Source of the DNA: Deferrisomatales bacterium
Lineage (GTDB): Bacteria; Desulfobacterota; Deferrisomatia; Deferrisomatales; JACRMM01
DNA: 10,404 nucleotides
Assembly: GCA_033551855.1 (NCBI GenBank)
Contig: JAWSUI010000088.1
Location: 1-10,404 of the forward strand
Direction: 5' to 3'
The first letter of the stretch is position 1, and each line of letters opens with the position of its first letter. Both the position numbers and the translations under genes were made by a program. The notes under the pieces were generated by a model. The model had not been told where the DNA came from, searched no databases, and saw only the letters and a list, made by a program, of their open reading frames with translations. This document shows, one piece after another, positions 1-5,374 of this stretch.

Positions 1-1
1 T

Positions 2-481
2 CGCGAGAAGGCCGACACCGGACCGACGCCCCCCCCGGCGGCCCCCTCCCCCCGGGCCGAGATGGGAGATACGAAGGTGCGCCAGGCTGTGGAGTCCATA
101 CGGGACCGCATCCGCCCGGCAGAGGGAGGGGGCGGGTCGGGGGCACCGGGGGCCGGTGGGGCCGTGGGGGTTCGCGGGGCCTCGGGAAACGTGATGCAGG
201 AAGTCCGCCTCCGCTCCTTCTACAACCGTCTCTGGGAACACGTGAACGCCCATTGGGCGATCCCCCCCTCCCTCGAGGGGCGAGGGTTCACCGTCATCGT
301 CTCCGCGGTGCTGGACCGCAGGGGGGGGCTCCTCCGGGCCTTCGTGGAGGAACCCTCCGGCAGCGCGGCCTTCGACCAGTCCGCCCTGAGAGCGCTCGAG
401 CGGGCAGCCCCCCTTCCGCCGTTTCCCGACGAGGTGAAGGAGGACGTCCTTGAGGTGGGGTTCCGATTCCACGGCGAGTGA
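2..481 (+). CDS. TonB/TolA-family energy transducer, C-terminal part (5'-truncated by the window edge)
   Basis: The frame is open from base 2 ([21 protein letters not shown]...). A Pro/Gly/Ala-rich linker is followed by a TonB_C/TolA-type domain: '[16 protein letters not shown]...[11 protein letters not shown]...[27 protein letters not shown]...LEVGFRF'. Confidence 0.85.
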   Translation, partial: REKADTGPTPPPAAPSPRAEMGDTKVRQAVESIRDRIRPAEGGGGSGAPGAGGAVGVRGASGNVMQEVRLRSFYNRLWEHVNAHWAIPPSLEGRGFTVIVSAVLDRRGGLLRAFVEEPSGSAAFDQSALRALERAAPLPPFPDEVKEDVLEVGFRFHGE

Positions 482-500
482 ATCCCCGGGGACGGGGGCG

Positions 501-1181
501 GTGCACCGCGGCGCAGCGGCGGTCGTGATCCTGCTCCTGGCGGGCTGCGCCGCGGCTCCGCCGCCCCCCGGCGGGTATCGGGTCAAGGGACAGACCTACG
601 TGCCCCTGGCTCGGGCCGACGGGTTCACGGAGACCGGCCTGGCCTCCTGGTACGGCCCGGGCTTCCACGGGCGCCGGACCAGCAGCGGCGAGATCTATGA
701 CATGCACGCCCGCACCGCGGCCCACAAGCTGCTTCCCCTGGGCACCACCGTGCGGGTCACCCGCCTGGACGACGGGCGGCAGGTCACGGCCCGCATCAAC
801 GACCGGGGCCCGTTCGTCAAGGGCCGCGTCATCGACCTGTCCTACGCCCTCGCCAGGGAGCTGGGCATGCTGCGGGAGGGGGTCGTGCGCGTGCGGGTCG
901 AGGCCCTGTCGGGGCCCCGCGGGATGCCCGCCCCGCCGCCGGGCCTGATGGGGCCCTTCGCCTGGCAGGTAGGGGCGTTCGCCGTGGCGGCCAACGCCGA
1001 GGACCTGGCCCGCGCCTTGGGCCGGTCGTACGCGGAGGTGACCGTCGAGCCCTACGACCGCGGGGACGCGGTGCTCCAGCGGGTGTGGGTCGGCCGCTAC
1101 GACTCCCCGGACCAGGCCCAACGGGATGGGGCGCGCCTCTCCGACCGGGGATTGCAGCCCATCCTCGTCCGCAGGGATTGA
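501..1181 (+). CDS. rlpA: Septal ring lytic transglycosylase RlpA family lipoprotein (DPBB + SPOR domains)
   Basis: A GTG start at 501 gives a signal peptide with lipobox LLLAG-C. DPBB motifs: '[37 protein letters not shown]', 'RINDRGPF' and 'RVIDLS'. C-terminal SPOR domain: 'QVGAF...ANAE...RVWVGRY'. Confidence 0.93.
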   Translation: MHRGAAAVVILLLAGCAAAPPPPGGYRVKGQTYVPLARADGFTETGLASWYGPGFHGRRTSSGEIYDMHARTAAHKLLPLGTTVRVTRLDDGRQVTARINDRGPFVKGRVIDLSYALARELGMLREGVVRVRVEALSGPRGMPAPPPGLMGPFAWQVGAFAVAANAEDLARALGRSYAEVTVEPYDRGDAVLQRVWVGRYDSPDQAQRDGARLSDRGLQPILVRRD

Positions 1182-1386
1182 CGGCGCATGGAACCCCCCG
1201 TCGTCGCCCCCGCGCCGGAGGCAGGATCGGACGATCCGCCCCGCCCCCTCGACCCAAGTCCCCTTCCTCGGCCGGAGTGATCTTGCCAGAGCTCCAGGGC
1301 GCTGCGCGCGGGGCCCCGTCGCCCACCGCCGGGCAGCCGAGACGTCCCGAGAGGCGGAGGACCCCCTTCCTCGGGCGGTGCTCCCC

Positions 1387-2208
1387 GTGAGCCCGGAGCC
1401 CCTCTTCCCTCCGCCCTCCGAGCGCCCTGGCTCGATAGCGGGGCTTCTCGCCCTTCCGGACGCCGCCCGCTTGCCCTACTGGGAGCTGCTCGTTCCCACG
1501 GAGCTCCGACAGACCTTCGCCCTGCCGGAGCCCGGTGCATGGCACGAGGAAACCGGTGGTCCTTTCCGCTGGTTCCGCGTCCCCGGCACGCCGGGGGTTC
1601 GGGTCGAGGTCTGGCCGGACCCCGCGTCCGAGGACCCCGCCCTGGCCGTGGAGCTCGCGGACACCTACCTTGGCCACCTGGAGGCGGCGTGGATCGTCAT
1701 CATCGATCCCCGGCAGCCGAGATACGACGTGGACCGCGACCATTCGGGGGAAGCCATCCCCCTGGGCACCGAGCGCCGGAATCTGCGGGAAGAGCTGCGG
1801 GCCTTGGCCGCAGGGTTGGCCCCGAACCAGGTACGTCCGGGGCTCCGGATGTTTCGCCCCCTGATCCAGAGGATCGAGCGATTTGCGGAGCTCCTCGGCA
1901 TCGGTATTCTGTACGTAGCGCCCCTCGCCTACCACAACGCCATCAAGTACGAGAAGTACGGCTTCACGTACGCGTCCGGGTTGGAGGAGCTCCAGTGGAT
2001 GCACCGGGAGTTCCGGCCCGGCGGCGTGCTGCGGCGGCGGATGGACGGCACCCGCCCCTTTCGGATGCCCTGGATGGCGGACACGGTTCGGGGGCGGTCC
2101 TGGGCGATCCACGACGGGGTTCTCGGGCGGCGTTGGCTCGCCCCCCAGATGTACAAGTTCGTCGGCCGCTCCTTCTCTACGAACACCTTCCCGGGAGCCA
2201 CCTGGTAA
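1387..2208 (+). CDS. Hypothetical protein with a GNAT-like acyltransferase C-terminal half
   Basis: Long ORF with coding-like GC3 bias. 'QVRPGLRMFRPLIQRIERFAELLGIGILYVAPLAYHNAIKYEKYGF' follows the GNAT motif A/B pattern. The start is uncertain (GTG 1378 or 1387); the extension to 1126 overlaps rlpA and reads as low-complexity non-coding sequence. Confidence 0.7.
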   Translation: MSPEPLFPPPSERPGSIAGLLALPDAARLPYWELLVPTELRQTFALPEPGAWHEETGGPFRWFRVPGTPGVRVEVWPDPASEDPALAVELADTYLGHLEAAWIVIIDPRQPRYDVDRDHSGEAIPLGTERRNLREELRALAAGLAPNQVRPGLRMFRPLIQRIERFAELLGIGILYVAPLAYHNAIKYEKYGFTYASGLEELQWMHREFRPGGVLRRRMDGTRPFRMPWMADTVRGRSWAIHDGVLGRRWLAPQMYKFVGRSFSTNTFPGATW

Positions 2209-2224
2209 GCGCGCGAGGCCTCCG

Positions 2225-2623
2225 GTGCCGGAACATCCCCACGTGCACGCCGCCGCTGCCCCTCGACCGGTGAAGCCGGGGGAGACCCGCGTGCGGGTAC
2301 TGCGGCGCCGGCCCCGCGGGGAGTCGGCTACGGAACCGGAGCCCGGCCGAGCGGCCCCGGAGCCGGGCGCGGAGGAGCGGGCCTGGCGGGAGATGCTGGC
2401 GGCCGCCGCGCAGGAGCTCAACGAGTCCTTTCGAGCCTCGGGCGCCCCCTTCCTCTGCGCCGTGGAAGAGGACCCCGAAGGGATCACCCTGCGCGTGAGC
2501 CGCCTGGGCGAGGAGGGCAGAACCGAAGACGTGGAAGAGGAGGTCCTGGATTCCCGGGAGCTTCCGGTCTGGCTTGGGCGGCTGCGCCTGGGGCTGGGCC
2601 TGCTCGTGGACGAGACCGCCTGA
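2225..2623 (+). CDS. FlaG-like small protein (132 aa)
   Basis: GAGG at 2215-2218 precedes GTG 2225. The C-terminal half 'AAAQELNESF...FLCAVEEDPEGITLRV...GLGLLVDETA*' matches the FlaG layout and its terminal GLL(V/F)DExA signature, but the usual RQIP motif is absent. Confidence 0.6.
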   Translation: MPEHPHVHAAAAPRPVKPGETRVRVLRRRPRGESATEPEPGRAAPEPGAEERAWREMLAAAAQELNESFRASGAPFLCAVEEDPEGITLRVSRLGEEGRTEDVEEEVLDSRELPVWLGRLRLGLGLLVDETA

Positions 2624-2756
2624 CCCGCGGGCGCCCCCGGCAAGGGGCTCCTCCGGGGAAGGACGGGGGCCTCGACCCCGGGGCGGGCCGGCTCGGCCGG
2701 CCGTGTCCCGGATGAACCGGAACGGAGCACTTCGAACCCGAACCAGGAGGGAACCC

Positions 2757-4010
2757 ATGTCCCGCGACTACGACACCGCCCTGCGGCCCTACGTGCAGAA
2801 GCGCCTCGAGGAGATCCGCGAAGCCGACATCCTCGTCGGCATCCCCTGCTACAACAACGAGGACACCATCGTCCACGTGCTCCAGATGGTGTCCCACGGG
2901 ATCGACGAGCACTATCGCGGAGCGCGCGCCGTCATCATGGTCGCCGACGGCGGCTCCACGGACGACACCCGGGACCGGGTCCTCGACTTCCAGCTCAAGC
3001 CCTGGCAGGAGAAGCTGATCACGATCTACCGGGGCATCGGCGGCAAGGGCTCGGCGCTGCGCGCCATCTTCGAGACCGCCTACCGGCTCAACGTCAAGGC
3101 CTGCGCCTGCGTGGACTCGGACCTGCGCAGCATCAACCCCAACTGGGTCAAGTACCTCCTCGACCCCGTGTTCGAGAAGGGGTACGAGTTCGTCTCCCCC
3201 GTGTACTCCCGCTACAAGTACGACGGCACGATCACGAACAACATCGTCTACAACCTGGTGCGCACCCTCTACGGCAAGCGGATCCGCCAGCCCATCGGGG
3301 GGGACTTCGCGTTCTCCCGGGGCCTGGCCAAGCACTACCTCGAGCAGGACGTCTGGGGGACCGACATCGCGCGGTTCGGCATCGACATCTGGATGACCAC
3401 GACCGCCCTGCGCACGGGCGCCAAGATCTGCCAGGCGAACCTGGGGGTGAAGATCCACGACGCCAAGGACCCCTCGGAGGCCCTGGGCCCCATGTTCCGC
3501 CAGGTGTGCGGCACGCTCTTCACCCTGATGGAGGAGCACGAGTCCTACTGGCTCCCCGTCCGGGGCAGCGAGCCCGTCCCCGTCCTGGGCATGGAGGAGA
3601 CCCTGGAGCCCGAGCCCGTCGTCGTCAACCACGGACGGATGGTGACCGAGTTCCAGGAGGGGATGCGGCTCTTCGGCTCCCTGTGGAAGGAGATCTTCTC
3701 CGAGGAGGTGTTCTCGGCCCTCGAGGAAGCCTACGCCATGCCCGCCGAAGAGTTCCGCTTCACAACGGAGATCTGGGTCAAGCTCCTCTACGAGCTCGCG
3801 GCCAAGTACCACCACCTGGCCGACCACCGGATGAAGCTCCTCGCGGTCATGACGCCGCTCTACCTGGGCCGCGTGGCGTCGTTCGTCACCCGGACCCGCG
3901 ACATGGACTCCAAGGCCGCCGAGGAGGTGGTGGAAGAGCAGGCCGTCAAGTTCGAGGAGCAGAAGGGCTACCTGGTGGGACTCTGGACCAGCGGCGCCTC
4001 ACCCGCCTGA
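2757..4010 (+). CDS. ggs: GT-A fold (family 2) glycosyltransferase, glucosylglycerate synthase-like (417 aa)
   Basis: Strong RBS AGGAGG at 2745-2750 before ATG 2757. Motifs 'VGIPCYNNEDTI', 'DGGSTDDT', 'YRGIGGKGSA', DxD 'VDSDLRSI', 'RYKYDGTITN', 'IRQPIGGDF' and 'FGIDIWMT' are typical of the Ggs/mannosylglycerate synthase-like group. The exact substrate is inferred. Confidence 0.75.
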   Translation: MSRDYDTALRPYVQKRLEEIREADILVGIPCYNNEDTIVHVLQMVSHGIDEHYRGARAVIMVADGGSTDDTRDRVLDFQLKPWQEKLITIYRGIGGKGSALRAIFETAYRLNVKACACVDSDLRSINPNWVKYLLDPVFEKGYEFVSPVYSRYKYDGTITNNIVYNLVRTLYGKRIRQPIGGDFAFSRGLAKHYLEQDVWGTDIARFGIDIWMTTTALRTGAKICQANLGVKIHDAKDPSEALGPMFRQVCGTLFTLMEEHESYWLPVRGSEPVPVLGMEETLEPEPVVVNHGRMVTEFQEGMRLFGSLWKEIFSEEVFSALEEAYAMPAEEFRFTTEIWVKLLYELAAKYHHLADHRMKLLAVMTPLYLGRVASFVTRTRDMDSKAAEEVVEEQAVKFEEQKGYLVGLWTSGASPA

Positions 4011-4220
4011 CGGCGCCGTCCGTCCACCGTTTTCGGGCGTGGGCGGGGAGCCCCGCAGAACAGCCGCGACCCGCATCGAGCGACCCGCCGGGCCCGGCTC
4101 AAACGGGTCAGGCCCGGCGCACCGGGCCTCTGGCGACACCCCTTCGCCTTGCCGCGGATTACGGGGCGGAGCGGAGGGGCTCTCCGGCTCCGACCCCGTG
4201 CCAGCCGACCGCTCTCGGGT

Positions 4221-4245
4221 GTCGGTTCGCGCGGTCGGTTCGCGC
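4221..4245 (+). repeat. Perfect 12-bp tandem direct repeat GTCGGTTCGCGC x2
   Basis: Copies at 4221-4232 and 4234-4245 directly abut TTGACA. The core CGGTTCG recurs at 4261-4267. Confidence 0.85.
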
Positions 4246-4274
4246 TTGACACACCGGGAACGGTTCGTTATACA
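4246..4274 (+). promoter_or_regulatory. Sigma70-type promoter for the tRNA pair
   Basis: Perfect -35 TTGACA (4246-4251), 17-nt spacer and -10-like TATACA (4269-4274), 18 nt upstream of tRNA-Gln. Confidence 0.75.
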
Positions 4275-4292
4275 TCTGCCTCCCTGACCCGT

Positions 4293-4366
4293 TGGGGGAT
4301 CGTCTAATGGTAGGACAACAGACTCTGGATCTGTGTATGAGGGTTCGAATCCTTCTCCCCCAGCCA
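4293..4366 (+). tRNA. tRNA-Gln(CTG)
   Basis: Acceptor stem TGGGGGA/TCCCCCA, D arm GTC-TAATGGTAG-GAC, anticodon arm ACAGA-CT CTG GA-TCTGT, T arm GAGGG-TTCGAAT-CCTTC, discriminator G and encoded CCA. Confidence 0.97.
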
Positions 4367-4375
4367 GGAATCAAC

Positions 4376-4453
4376 GGTCCCTTCGTCTAGCCCGGCCTAG
4401 GACACCGGCCTCTCACGTCGGCGACACGGGTTCAAATCCCGTAGGGACCGCCA
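4376..4453 (+). tRNA. tRNA-Glu(CTC)
   Basis: Acceptor stem GGTCCCT/AGGGACC, anticodon arm CCGGC-CT CTC AC-GTCGG, T arm ACGGG-TTCAAAT-CCCGT, discriminator G and encoded CCA. Confidence 0.97.
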
Positions 4454-4460
4454 CTTCAAG

Positions 4461-4500
4461 AAAGCCCGCAAAGCCAATAGGCACGCGGGTTTTCGCTTTT
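4461..4500 (+). terminator. Probable intrinsic terminator after tRNA-Glu
   Basis: Stem AAAGCCCGC/GCGGGTTTT with an inner GCC-AATA-GGC hairpin, followed by T-rich TTTTCGCTTTT. Confidence 0.65.
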
Positions 4501-4823
4501 CTGGGGCACAGGCTCGCCTACTCCCTCGCCCGACCGGTTTCGGACAGAAGGCCGCTCCCTGCGCCGTCCGGGGCGCCCGCCGCGGACAGACTCGCCCCGG
4601 GACCGGGTGCCCTGTGCCCGTGCACGCCCACCCGGCGCTCCTCCACTTTTTCGGGCTTCTTGACCTTGCTCCGGGCCACACTGCACCGAGCCGTGAGAAA
4701 ACGGCCGTGTCAGCCCACCTCGACTCACTGTGGGCCGACGGCCTCCCCGCGGCGGATCCCGGCACGGTCGGCCGGCAGAAGAGCTGTTGAAGGTGATCCT
4801 GCAGTACTCCCGCGGAAAGCGTG

Positions 4824-5030
4824 CTATTTCGGCCGCCACCTGGGCGTCGGCCCCCCGACGCAGCAGCACAGGAGGAGGCAGGCGACCAGGAGCCCGACCG
4901 CCGCCCAAGTACCCGGGCCCCACTCCGACACCCCGTAGTCGAATAAGCCCGCGGTGATCGCCAGCACGGCAGCGGCTAGGGCTGCCAGGCCGGCGACGAT
5001 GCGGCAGGACTTCGAGTCCCAGTATCCCAT
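4824..5030 (-). CDS. Small two-helix membrane protein (68 aa), hypothetical
   Basis: RBS GAGGGAGGG lies 6 nt before ATG 5030. Two hydrophobic stretches (IVAGLAALAAAVLAITAGLF; WAAVGLLVACLLLCCCVGG) and a basic C-terminus RWRPK. Confidence 0.65.
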   Translation of the reverse strand: MGYWDSKSCRIVAGLAALAAAVLAITAGLFDYGVSEWGPGTWAAVGLLVACLLLCCCVGGPTPRWRPK

Positions 5031-5067
5031 GTGCATCCCTCCCTCGGGGAACGCTCCCGGCGGGACG

Positions 5068-5095
5068 AGGATACCCCTGGACGGACGGCGGGCAA
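5068..5095 (-). promoter_or_regulatory. Possible sigma70 promoter for the small membrane protein
   Basis: Minus-strand TTGCCC-N16-TATCCT ending 37 nt upstream of ATG 5030. Confidence 0.35.
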
Positions 5096-5374
5096 GGCCG
5101 GAGCCGGAGCCTGCTCAGTGGGGGAGGCCGGGCCAACGGTCAAGAGCCCGACGGTGGATGGTCACCAGGTACTCGACGCTTCCGGACGAGAGCTCGGCGT
5201 TGCAGCACCGGCAGGCGATCATGGCGGTCGACCCGGGAAAGCGAGCCCCCGCGGCGCCGCCCTTCCTCTTCCTTTCCTGCCGACTTGCGAATTTGGGAGA
5301 TCCGTGTATCTCTTGGCCCCTCCGGGCATCCAACGGCCGTCCGACGCTCCGAGACTGCCGCCGCGAGGGACACC

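Noticed and set aside
1182..1386. Possible riboswitch or sigma54 promoter between rlpA and the GNAT-like gene
   Set aside because: No recognisable aptamer consensus, and the GG...TTGC at 1274-1286 has 9-nt rather than 10-nt spacing between GG and GC.
829..3827. Long minus-strand ORFs 829-2730 and 2484-3827 (likewise 294-1121, 5219-7432, 7996-9036 and 9116-10372)
   Set aside because: Antisense shadows of well-supported + strand genes, with no recognisable motifs.
4159..4938. ORFs overlapping the tRNA genes (4159-4374, 4333-4938, 4397-4765)
   Set aside because: Translations of tRNA and intergenic sequence, with no coding signature.
4824..5222. In-frame TGA (5115-5117) between the Cys-rich mini-ORF and the small membrane protein, suggesting selenocysteine readthrough
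   Set aside because: No redox-motif context around the TGA and no SECIS-like hairpin that I could identify. The downstream ORF has its own RBS and candidate promoter.
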